This document shows, in pieces, positions 12,351-20,246 of a stretch of 58,886 nt of DNA (its first letter is position 1; every line of letters begins with the position of its first letter). Both the position numbers and the translations under genes were made by a program. The notes under the pieces are model-generated. The model saw nothing but the letters and a program-made list of their open reading frames with translations. It had not been told where the DNA came from and made no database searches. The stretch is from an uncultured Candidatus Saccharibacteria bacterium (GTDB lineage: Bacteria; Patescibacteriota; Minisyncoccia; Phycocordibacterales; UBA5272): contig CAZWMQ010000001.1 in the NCBI GenBank assembly GCA_964635125.1, positions 150,386 through 209,271 on the forward strand. Reading direction: 5' to 3'.

Positions 12351-12876
12351 TCGGTCGGGCTTCTTCTAAGGAAGAAGCGATCGTCATGAAATGCAGTGGT
12401 GCTCGGGATTTCTTCGTTAGTGTTATCGTCCAGTGACCAAAGGGGATGCACCCTCGGCATCCGCCTCGGGCATTTCCGCTAGGGCTACTCGCGCCTAGAT
12501 GCCTAGGATTCCTGCTTATCCTCGCCAGTGCGCTCTGCGGAGCGCTGGCTCGGGCAGGAAACTTGTTGGGGGAAGGAAGGGTTCCTTCCCCCAGCTTCGC
12601 CTCGGTTCGTGCTCGCTACGCTCGCATTCCGCAGAGCGGAACAGGGCTCACCCCACCCGGCTCGCACAACCCCCATCCTCGTTTTCATATCCGCGTTTTG
12701 TGGTATCGCTTTCGCTGCTAGATTTCTGTATTGCAAGGTAACGGCGGCGCTCATCCTTTAGTCATGGACGCCCTAGCGGAAATGCCCGAGGCTCAAATTC
12801 TTATGTGCTTGCCCCGCGCCACCCATGCGCGCACATCCCGCCCGCAAAGGACAGGAGGGATCGCGGGCGGGGCTCC

Positions 12877-13749
12877 CTAGATAGAATCTAAAACAGTTTT
12901 CACTTCACCCATAAACTCAAATATCAAATCGTTTGAGATAATAATTCCCAAACTTTCATTCTCATCACCATTCACCATCGCAGGAATCCCAATCCTGCAT
13001 CCATACTGATCAACCGCTAACCCACCAGAGTTACCATGACTTATCTTTGCTGAAGTAAAAATTAAACCCTCATCCACAAGCAAACTACTCACAACCCCAT
13101 CTGTAATTGTTAGTGCGTATCCACCACTAATTGCAGGGTAGCCATAAATTTTCACAGGTTCTCCAAGTATTACATTTTCGTTTTTACAATACCGAGTGTC
13201 ATCATATGCAGGGAATACTTTAGGGTAATCGCCATGTGCCACACCCTCATCATCAATAAAGACATCGTGAATTTGAACAAACGCGAGATCATACTGATCG
13301 CTGATTTCAGGAATTACAATCGGATATGCTGAATAAATTTCACTTGGTGCGCCCGTGCTTGGATCAGGTAATATTACCAAGCAAACAGGGACTGCTTCCT
13401 TATCGGCAAGGACTGGAATTATGTGGGCATTTGTCAAAACAAGACCATCATCTGTCATTATTGTCCCAGAGCCGCCAGATGTATCTTCCTCTGTATTTCC
13501 CTCGCAATAAATATTCACAACAGATTTCGCAATTTCTTGATCTGTTGTAGTGGATGGTTCTATAGGAGTAAAAAGCCATACTCCAAAGATTAGAATTAAA
13601 ATTATCACACCCAAAATAACCAACTTCTTTTTTGTAAAAAAGTTTTTCTTTGGCGTCACAATATCTTTAGTCGTTGAATTATCCACTCCACAATTTGTGC
13701 AAAATTTTGTGCCCTCCTTATTTTCTTTACCGCAATGTTTGCAATACAT
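12877..13749 (-). CDS. Zinc-ribbon + TM + trypsin-like serine protease, 290 aa
   Basis: Start MYCKHCG...FCTNCG at 13749; TM; catalytic triad motifs TNAH, YDLA, GNSGG. Confidence 0.85.
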   Translation of the reverse strand: MYCKHCGKENKEGTKFCTNCGVDNSTTKDIVTPKKNFFTKKKLVILGVIILILIFGVWLFTPIEPSTTTDQEIAKSVVNIYCEGNTEEDTSGGSGTIMTDDGLVLTNAHIIPVLADKEAVPVCLVILPDPSTGAPSEIYSAYPIVIPEISDQYDLAFVQIHDVFIDDEGVAHGDYPKVFPAYDDTRYCKNENVILGEPVKIYGYPAISGGYALTITDGVVSSLLVDEGLIFTSAKISHGNSGGLAVDQYGCRIGIPAMVNGDENESLGIIISNDLIFEFMGEVKTVLDSI

Positions 13750-13751
13750 AA

Positions 13752-14216
13752 TTATTTTGGAGTGACCGCAGTGCCACAATTACCACAAAATTTGAGTTCC
13801 TTCGTAATTCCTGTTCCGCAACTGCCACAATAACTAAGATTTTCATCTGCACTTGCCAACTTTTTTGTCTCTATAACTTCAGCTTGAACAGTGTCCGGAG
13901 TACCGCCGTTTAGATGATTTAATTTTGCTTGATATTCCTCTTGTGTGATTTTTCCATCAAGTAATAACTGATTTGCTTCTGCAAGAGGTTTTATTTGTTC
14001 GGTTTGTTTGCTGTCCAAAGTTAAACCACGCTGGCATACTGGACAGCTAAGAAAATATTTTATTGAGTAGGGAAAAACTGGAATAAAAAAGAGTGTAAAC
14101 CATGTCATTATTCTAGTCAGCACCCAATAATCCTCATTGTGACAATTTGCACATAGATTTTTGAATGTAACCCCGATTTGTTTAATTGTTTGGTGCCCCC
14201 ATCCAAAAATAATCAT
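13752..14216 (-). CDS. Zinc-ribbon protein (N-terminal CxxC..FFIP..CxxC, SHOCT-like segment, C-terminal CxxC..CxxC ribbon)
   Basis: MIIFGWG..CANC..TWFTLFFIP..CPVC; LLDGKITQEEYQAKL; CGSC..FCGNCG. Confidence 0.8.
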   Translation of the reverse strand: MIIFGWGHQTIKQIGVTFKNLCANCHNEDYWVLTRIMTWFTLFFIPVFPYSIKYFLSCPVCQRGLTLDSKQTEQIKPLAEANQLLLDGKITQEEYQAKLNHLNGGTPDTVQAEVIETKKLASADENLSYCGSCGTGITKELKFCGNCGTAVTPK

Positions 14217-14221
14217 GTTAT

Positions 14222-14614
14222 TTAAAAGAGTTTTTTAAACTCATCTCGCCATATTGGTTTTTGGGCGAGTGCTATATATAAAACTGTTAATTTGATCAAG
14301 CGAAGTACAACTACAAAAATTACTATTGCAAGAACTGAATACCAGAATGCTGCGCCCGTAGTGTCTTCATATCCTCCATAATAACTCCAACTTGTGCTAT
14401 TTACTGACCAAACGACGGGTACAATCCAAAGAATCTGTATGTATAAAAATATGTATGCAACCTTTAGCAAACGATGCCACCATCGTTCATCAAGATTTTT
14501 TACAGGAGTTTTATTTATTCTTGATACAGTTGGAGAGGACACGATAGGATGACCGCATTTGGTGCAAAATTTATGAGTCCCATCATTTTTATTTCCACAG
14601 TTTTCGCAGTACAT
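14222..14614 (-). CDS. Zinc-ribbon + two-TM membrane protein
   Basis: MYCENCG...FCTKCG followed by two hydrophobic helices. Confidence 0.8.
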   Translation of the reverse strand: MYCENCGNKNDGTHKFCTKCGHPIVSSPTVSRINKTPVKNLDERWWHRLLKVAYIFLYIQILWIVPVVWSVNSTSWSYYGGYEDTTGAAFWYSVLAIVIFVVVLRLIKLTVLYIALAQKPIWRDEFKKLF

Positions 14615-14615
14615 A

Positions 14616-15521
14616 TTAATTATTGTTTATATAATCATAAACTTCCTGTGGCACTTCCATGCCTCCCGCTATAGCTTGTCTAAGATAAATTTTTGCATTA
14701 ACCGGATCTTCTTTTTGTGCGTACGAAAGTCCTAAGAAATACGCATAGACAGGTTCTCTACTAATATCTAAAGATTTCAGTAATGAAATCGTTTGGCTAT
14801 AGTTTTCATTAAAGTAATACGCAAGAGCAAGATTCTTTTTTGAGACATTGTCATTTTGGAGCTGATTTGCTTTTTGTGCGGAACTTAAAGCTTTAGTGTA
14901 GTCGGTGTATTGAGGATGAGCATCCTGCAAATCCATATAAAACAGCGCTAGTGAATTATTCACTTGAAAATCCTCAGAGTCTTTTGCATACGCCTTATTG
15001 TAGGAAATTAAAGCTGCATTATATTTACCTTCTAGCTCCGCAATCTCTCCAGAAATTAGGAAATAATCAACGGAATCTGTGGTTGTCAATGCAAGTGCCT
15101 CTTTAAAAGTATTTAGTGCTAAATCGTCTTTTCCCTCATGCGAATAAGCATAGGCTAGATTTTTTAAGCTGTTTATTTTGTTTGTGCTTGTTATTGCATC
15201 TTGTGAAGCCTGTTGAAATTGCGAGATTGCTTGATCACTATTTCCTGAATTGTAAGCATCCAAGGCCTTATTATTTGTTTCGACAGCAGTATTATCAACA
15301 GAGTTGATTGCCCCGAAGATAATTTTGACCAAAATCAACCCGCCAACAATTACAACAACAGCAACAGTTTTTATAATTCTACCTGTTGTCCAGGGTTCTT
15401 TAGGGATTGGAGGACGGACAGGCGGTGGAGGTGTTGTTTGGGTGACTGAAAATGCGGTTCCGCAATTAGTACAGAATTTTTTTGTGCCATCTGATTCAGT
15501 TCCGCAATTTTTACAAAACAT
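14616..15521 (-). CDS. Zinc-ribbon + Pro-rich linker + TM + TPR protein
   Basis: MFCKNCG...FCTNCG, TPPPPVRPP, TM, helical repeats (ALDAYNSGNSDQAISQFQQA, NLAYAY, ALISYNKA). Confidence 0.8.
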   Translation of the reverse strand: MFCKNCGTESDGTKKFCTNCGTAFSVTQTTPPPPVRPPIPKEPWTTGRIIKTVAVVVIVGGLILVKIIFGAINSVDNTAVETNNKALDAYNSGNSDQAISQFQQASQDAITSTNKINSLKNLAYAYSHEGKDDLALNTFKEALALTTTDSVDYFLISGEIAELEGKYNAALISYNKAYAKDSEDFQVNNSLALFYMDLQDAHPQYTDYTKALSSAQKANQLQNDNVSKKNLALAYYFNENYSQTISLLKSLDISREPVYAYFLGLSYAQKEDPVNAKIYLRQAIAGGMEVPQEVYDYINNN

Positions 15522-16080
15522 ATTTTTCTATTGATTGACGCAAACGATCGACCTCCTTTTGACTCTTTTGGAGGACTAATTTTTGCTCACCTTGAGTCAA
15601 GGTAAATTTGTTTTTTCCAAACTCAATTTTACCTTTTAATTCGTGTAGTGGTATTTTAAGAAAAACATCATTTACCCAGTGATTTGATGTGAGCTTGCCG
15701 TCAACCACCCACGCAGATCGATACCACTTACGCTTCTTTGTGTCGTTAGAACCACCAATTGCCACTCCAATCGCCATGCCAATAATATTTGCAATTACAA
15801 GACCGATGAAAAATCCCCACGCAGCACCACTGTATGAAGGTAATTTGATTGCATAAAGATTATCTTTATCAACCATAACATCCATGTATGGAAGAGAAAC
15901 AACAGCCCAAACTTTTTTACGACGCCAATCTTCACTATAAAAATCTGCTGTACCAAAAGACACAGAATCTTGTGTCTTAGGGGATGTTTTAATTTCTGAA
16001 GTGCCAGCTGTTTTACGACCGCAGTTTTGGCAAAATTGAGCATCCTTTTCTAGTTTTGTACCACAGTGTTCGCAAAACAT
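15511..16080 (-). CDS. Zinc-ribbon + glycine-rich TM protein
   Basis: MFCEHCG...FCQNCG; GAAWGFFIGLVIANIIGMAIGVAIGG. Confidence 0.8.
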   Translation of the reverse strand: MFCEHCGTKLEKDAQFCQNCGRKTAGTSEIKTSPKTQDSVSFGTADFYSEDWRRKKVWAVVSLPYMDVMVDKDNLYAIKLPSYSGAAWGFFIGLVIANIIGMAIGVAIGGSNDTKKRKWYRSAWVVDGKLTSNHWVNDVFLKIPLHELKGKIEFGKNKFTLTQGEQKLVLQKSQKEVDRLRQSIEKYVL

Positions 16081-16084
16081 AAAT

Positions 16085-16306
16085 TTATTTTATGAAATAG
16101 TCGATGCTTTTATTATAAATTTTAGCAAAGTTTTGAAGCTCGACTACATCTACTCTTTGCTGTCCCGATTCAACATTAGAAATATGCGATTGCGGACGCC
16201 TTAATTTCTTTGCCACTTCGGTTTGAGTCAATCCTGCCTCGAGTCGAGCTTTCCGTAATCGCTCGACAAAATAGGCATATTCCTTTGTTTGTCTTGACCT
16301 AGTCAT
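16085..16306 (-). CDS. XRE-family helix-turn-helix regulator
   Basis: LRKARLEAGLTQTEVAKKL..PQSHISNVESGQQR. Confidence 0.9.
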   Translation of the reverse strand: MTRSRQTKEYAYFVERLRKARLEAGLTQTEVAKKLRRPQSHISNVESGQQRVDVVELQNFAKIYNKSIDYFIK

Positions 16307-16386
16307 ATACTAACATTATCTATCCAAGAATTCAATATCCAAACTTTAGATATTGTGATAAACTAGATTTTGAAGACTTAGCCCTC

Positions 16387-16554
16387 GCCCCGTTTCCGCC
16401 CCATACAATTTCAAAAAGAATCCCCCCGCGAAAAATAAAAAGCATGGAAAGGCGGAAACGGGGCGAGGGCGGAGCGCCGAGGTACTCCGAGGCGCTGGTC
16501 GGCATGATTAGTGGCTCTCGAAATAATTTCGCGCAAAGGTTATGATTAGATCAC
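16387..16554 (-). repeat. Arm A' (inverted copy of 12183-12350)
   Basis: Perfect reverse complement; ends in TCAC 16551-54. Confidence 0.95.
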
Positions 16555-16665
16555 ATTCAGAAACTTCTCGGTCGGAAAGACCAAAATGGGCGCGCGCCGA
16601 AGGCGCGCTGTGTGGCGTGAATGCGAACTCTGCCTTGCGAATGCGGGCGAAATCGGAGGGCGGGC
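16551..16665 (+). repeat. Arm B: 115-bp perfect inverted repeat of 18135-18249
   Basis: Base-by-base reverse complement; shares TCAC core with arm A'. Confidence 0.95.
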
Positions 16666-16720
16666 TGAAAGCAAGAAATGAGATCTTAGTAGTTTCTCGT
16701 TTTGAATCCAAAATCTATTT

Positions 16721-18307
16721 ATGAACAAACCAAAATATTTTCTCTATGCTCGCAAGAGCACCGAAGATGATGATAAGCAAGTGATGTCGATTGAGGCACA
16801 GCTTTTTGAGCTTCGTGAATTTGCGAGCAGAGAAAATCTTGAAATTCTTGAGGAATTTCAAGAGTCGAAAAGCGCAAAGAGTCCGGGACGAGAAGTGTTC
16901 GGCGAAATGATGATGCGCATTGAAAAAATGAATGGAGTTGGTATTCTCGCGTGGCATCCTGACCGCTTGGCGAGAAATAGCATAGACGGAGGGCGCATCA
17001 TTTACGCCGTCGACACTTCAAAAATCGTCTCTTTGCGTTTTCCGACATTTTGGTTTGAACCGACACCGCAGGGGCTCTTTATGTTGCAAGTGGCGTTCGG
17101 CCAATCGAAATATTATTCCGACAATTTGAAACAAAATGTGGAGCGAGGTATGCGCCAAAAATTGCGCCGAGGAGAATGGCTTACAAAAGCTCCTTTCGGG
17201 TATGTGAATAATCCGCGAACGAGGAATATCGAACCTGATCCGGTGAAATCAAAGATTATCGTTCGCGCGTATGAACAATACGCAAAAGGAACACATACCC
17301 TCATTTCGCTGGCACAATTTTTGGCTGACCACGGTGTGACTACGAAGGCCGGAACGCCACTTGGCAAAGCTTCCGTGAAAAGAATGCTGACCAATCGTGC
17401 CTATTTGGGATTTACCAAGCATCGCGACGAGTATTTCACCGGAAGCTTTGCGCCAATTCTTTCTCCGACACTATTTGAAGCTGTGCAAAAGCAACTTTCT
17501 GAGCGAGCGCATCCAAGACATACGAAACAAGCACACGATTTTCCGTTTACCGGACTTTTTCGTTGTGGCGAGTGTGGGAGCATGATCACTGCACAATGGG
17601 CGACTGGCAAGTGCGGTGGGCGGTATCGGTATTATCGGTGCACGAAAAAGAACGGCGTGTGCTTGCAAAAGTATTTACAGGAAGATGCGCTCGCTCTCCA
17701 AGTAAAGGAACAGCTTCAATCAGTGTCGCTTCCCGAAGCGTGGGCGGAATATATGCTCAAAAAAGTAGAGGATTTTGAGCATGACGAAAAGAACGCTTCG
17801 GGAAGTCGTCTCGAACAGATGAAGAATGACCTCAAGAAGCTTGAAGCGAAGCTCGATGCGCTCGTTGATTTGTATCTAAATGGTGATATTGAGCGCGAGG
17901 CGTATCTCGCAAAGAAAGATGGTTTAATACGCCAAAAAATCTCGCTTCAAGCAAAATCTTCATCTGCCCGAGCCGAGAGAAAGAATTGGGTCGAACCCCT
18001 GCGGAAGTGGATTTTGGATTCAAAACACGCGGGGTTTCTGGCAAGCAGTACAAAGTACGCCGAAATGCGCGACTTTGTCCGTTCCTTCGGAACGAACCCC
18101 GCGCTTTTAAACAAAACTATTTCGATCTCATTTTGCCCGCCCTCCGATTTCGCCCGCATTCGCAAGGCAGAGTTCGCATTCACGCCACACAGCGCGCCTT
18201 CGGCGCGCGCCCATTTTGGTCTTTCCGACCGAGAAGTTTCTGAATGTGACCTTACCGGGAATCGAACCCGGATTACCGGCTTGAGAAGCCGATGTCCTAA
18301 CCGTTAG
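16721..18307 (+). CDS. Large serine recombinase (resolvase + recombinase + zinc ribbon + coiled coil)
   Basis: YARKSTE catalytic motif, AWHPDRLARN, KAPFGY, CGECG..RYRYYRC; last about 20 codons run antisense through tRNA-Glu. Confidence 0.95.
   Translation: MNKPKYFLYARKSTEDDDKQVMSIEAQLFELREFASRENLEILEEFQESKSAKSPGREVFGEMMMRIEKMNGVGILAWHPDRLARNSIDGGRIIYAVDTSKIVSLRFPTFWFEPTPQGLFMLQVAFGQSKYYSDNLKQNVERGMRQKLRRGEWLTKAPFGYVNNPRTRNIEPDPVKSKIIVRAYEQYAKGTHTLISLAQFLADHGVTTKAGTPLGKASVKRMLTNRAYLGFTKHRDEYFTGSFAPILSPTLFEAVQKQLSERAHPRHTKQAHDFPFTGLFRCGECGSMITAQWATGKCGGRYRYYRCTKKNGVCLQKYLQEDALALQVKEQLQSVSLPEAWAEYMLKKVEDFEHDEKNASGSRLEQMKNDLKKLEAKLDALVDLYLNGDIEREAYLAKKDGLIRQKISLQAKSSSARAERKNWVEPLRKWILDSKHAGFLASSTKYAEMRDFVRSFGTNPALLNKTISISFCPPSDFARIRKAEFAFTPHSAPSARAHFGLSDREVSECDLTGNRTRITGLRSRCPNR
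18135..18249 (-). repeat. Arm B' (attR arm, within recombinase 3' end)
   Basis: Reverse complement of 16551-16665, abutting the tRNA-Glu 3' end at GTGA. Confidence 0.95.
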
Positions 18308-18318
18308 ACGATAAGGCC
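18247..18318 (-). tRNA. tRNA-Glu(CTC), integration target
   Basis: GGCCTTA/TAAGGTC acceptor, TCGGC-TTCTCAA-GCCGG anticodon arm, GGTTCGATTCC. Confidence 0.95.
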
Positions 18319-18624
18319 GTTCAGGTTGCAAGTTTCAAGCTTCAAGTTATAAGAAATTAAAGCTATTTTGTATAAAACCCGAGCTAACAGCTCAATATCT
18401 TTAGATTTTGAGATTTTATAATTTTATCACATTTTTAGTCTTTTATCAAAAACCCTTATAAAATAAGCTTATTTTAATCATATTATATTGACAAAATTAA
18501 GATAAAGTTGTATAACTATTGACTTTTAGGATGAAATTTGCTAAGATATAAGAGTTGAGCAATAAGCTCATTTTTTGTTTGCCAATTTCTGTATTTGATA
18601 GTTCGCGGAGCTAAACCGCATATT

Positions 18625-19239
18625 ATGTTAAATAAATTCAAAAATACTCTATTAGTTATGGCTTTTATACCATTACTAGCCGTAACCTCAGTAGAGTTAC
18701 ATACAGCCCCTATTGAATTAGCAAGTAATAACCCTATTTCTAGTTCAAAGGAAATTAAGAAACAAGAAATATCTAACGATATTGATCAAGAAAGACTTGA
18801 AAAAGCTTTAAAAATAGAAACTTATTTCAAGAACAGATCTATGCCACTCGCTAAATACTCTATGCAATTTGTATTAGTAGCTGAGAAATATGGCTTACCT
18901 TATGATTTCTTACCTGCTATTGCTGTTCGTGAGTCGTCTGGTGGAAAGAGAGATATGAATAATAATCCTTTCGGTTGGGCCTCAGCTAAAGTAATATTTA
19001 GTGATTATAACGAAGCTATTGAAGTAGTAGGTAAAAACTTAGGCGGAGCTAATCCTAAAACTGCTAATTATTATGGTAATAAGTCAATCGAAAAGAAACT
19101 TTATTATTATAATGGAACAGTAATTGATGGATATGAAGATGAAGTTATGGCTATCATGGATAAAATCGATGATACCAAAGTAGATACTGGAATTAATAAG
19201 AAAAATCATAAAACTATTGAATTAGCTTTAAATCAATAA
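18625..19239 (+). CDS. Secreted lysozyme-superfamily cell-wall hydrolase (SLT/glucosaminidase-like)
   Basis: Signal/TM N-terminus; YGLPYDFLPAIAVRESSGGK..NNPFGW; ATG 18625 preferred over TTG 18595. Confidence 0.7.
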   Translation: MLNKFKNTLLVMAFIPLLAVTSVELHTAPIELASNNPISSSKEIKKQEISNDIDQERLEKALKIETYFKNRSMPLAKYSMQFVLVAEKYGLPYDFLPAIAVRESSGGKRDMNNNPFGWASAKVIFSDYNEAIEVVGKNLGGANPKTANYYGNKSIEKKLYYYNGTVIDGYEDEVMAIMDKIDDTKVDTGINKKNHKTIELALNQ

Positions 19240-19251
19240 AAAAGTCTAAAA

Positions 19252-19280
19252 ACAAACCCCACAATAAAAGTGGGGTTTGT
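19252..19280. terminator. Bidirectional intrinsic terminator
   Basis: ACAAACCCCAC/GTGGGGTTTGT stem between convergent genes. Confidence 0.75.
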
Positions 19281-19319
19281 GCTATTTAGTCTAAGGAGAT
19301 TAATATGTTTATAATTTTA

Positions 19320-19631
19320 TTATTCAGCTTTTTTATCTAATTTATTTAACGGAGATTTCACAAATAATAGATAGACAACTAAAAGTATTGAAAGGAAAGT
19401 AATCAATTCAGAAATTAGATCACCATAACCGAAAGTTACTTTAGTGTGTGGAATGGTGAAAGCATAGCTTTCTAATCCTTTTCCACCACCAACAATAGTT
19501 CCTAAGATTGGATTAATTAAATCTTGGATGATAGCATTGACCATTTTAGTAACTGCGCCACCTAAAATTATACCAACCGCCATACCAATTACAGAATGTT
19601 TTCTAACAAAATCTATAAAATCTTTTACCAT
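19320..19631 (-). CDS. mscL: Large-conductance mechanosensitive channel MscL
   Basis: FIDFVRKHSVIGMAVGIILGGA..DLINP..YGDLISELITF. Confidence 0.85.
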   Translation of the reverse strand: MVKDFIDFVRKHSVIGMAVGIILGGAVTKMVNAIIQDLINPILGTIVGGGKGLESYAFTIPHTKVTFGYGDLISELITFLSILLVVYLLFVKSPLNKLDKKAE

Positions 19632-19757
19632 ATTTTTATTTTTTTTATTTATATTTATAACTTTCATAGGATAACAAAAATAGTCTTTTACATCAAGAAA
19701 AGTGATTTTTTAAAAGATAGGTTTTATGTTAAAATAGTTGAATAATTAAATATTATT

Positions 19758-19845
19758 GGAGACGTGGCTGAGCTGGCCGAAGGCACCTCACTGCTAACGA
19801 GGCAGGGAAGAAATTCTCTCATGGGTTCGAATCCCATCGTCTCCG
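19758..19845 (+). tRNA. tRNA-Ser(GCT)
   Basis: GGAGACG acceptor, CCTCA-CTGCTAA-CGAGG, long variable arm, GGTTCGAATCC. Confidence 0.95.
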
Positions 19846-19894
19846 CTATAAAATAATGAACCCAAAATAAAATTCTGGGTGATTTATTTTATAG

Positions 19895-20119
19895 GTGAAG
19901 CCAAAATTTGAAATTTCAAAAAAACAAGGCTTATTTTTTGCAAACTCATTACATTTTTTAAATAAAAAGTTTGGGTATGAAAACATGTGTTCCTGGGAAA
20001 AAATTAAAAATGAGAAAATTCAGTTGCCAATTAAAAATGGTAAAATAGATTTTGATTTCATGGAGTCATTTATAGCGGAGCTAGAGGCATATTTATTGGC
20101 TACTGGATTAAAAAAATAA
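19895..20119 (+). pseudogene. 3' remnant of a restriction-modification specificity (S) subunit
   Basis: Only 74 aa; IQLPIKNGKIDFDFMESFIAELEAYLLATGL resembles S-subunit C-terminal helices; no partner genes nearby. Confidence 0.55.
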
Positions 20120-20246
20120 TTTTATTTTGTTAACAAATTTTAAACCTATACTAAATTCGTAAGTAAAAAAAGTTTAAATTCCCACCATAAAATAATAATT
20201 TCAAAGCAAAATTTTGAAATATTTTCTTCTGCTATAATATTAAAAT

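Larger units (their letters stand above)
12183..18249. mobile_element. Serine-recombinase integrative element at the 3' end of tRNA-Glu
   Basis: Abrupt GC increase; GTGA core at both ends (12183-86, 18246-49); large serine recombinase; joining the flanks rebuilds tRNA 3' end plus AT-rich host DNA. Confidence 0.85.

Noticed and set aside
12446-12761. Four overlapping track ORFs in the GC-rich block
   Set aside because: Mutually overlapping, Arg/Pro/Ala-rich translations without motifs; explained by stop-poor palindromic DNA
16508-16957. Short ORFs upstream of and antisense to the recombinase as independent genes (e.g. an RDF)
   Set aside because: 16508-16711 is the inverted B/A arm translation of the recombinase tail; the others are shadows
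18556-18622. Riboswitch upstream of the cell-wall hydrolase (GAGC..GCTC and GCGG..CCGC hairpins)
   Set aside because: Two small stems only; I could not match them to the c-di-AMP or any other known family
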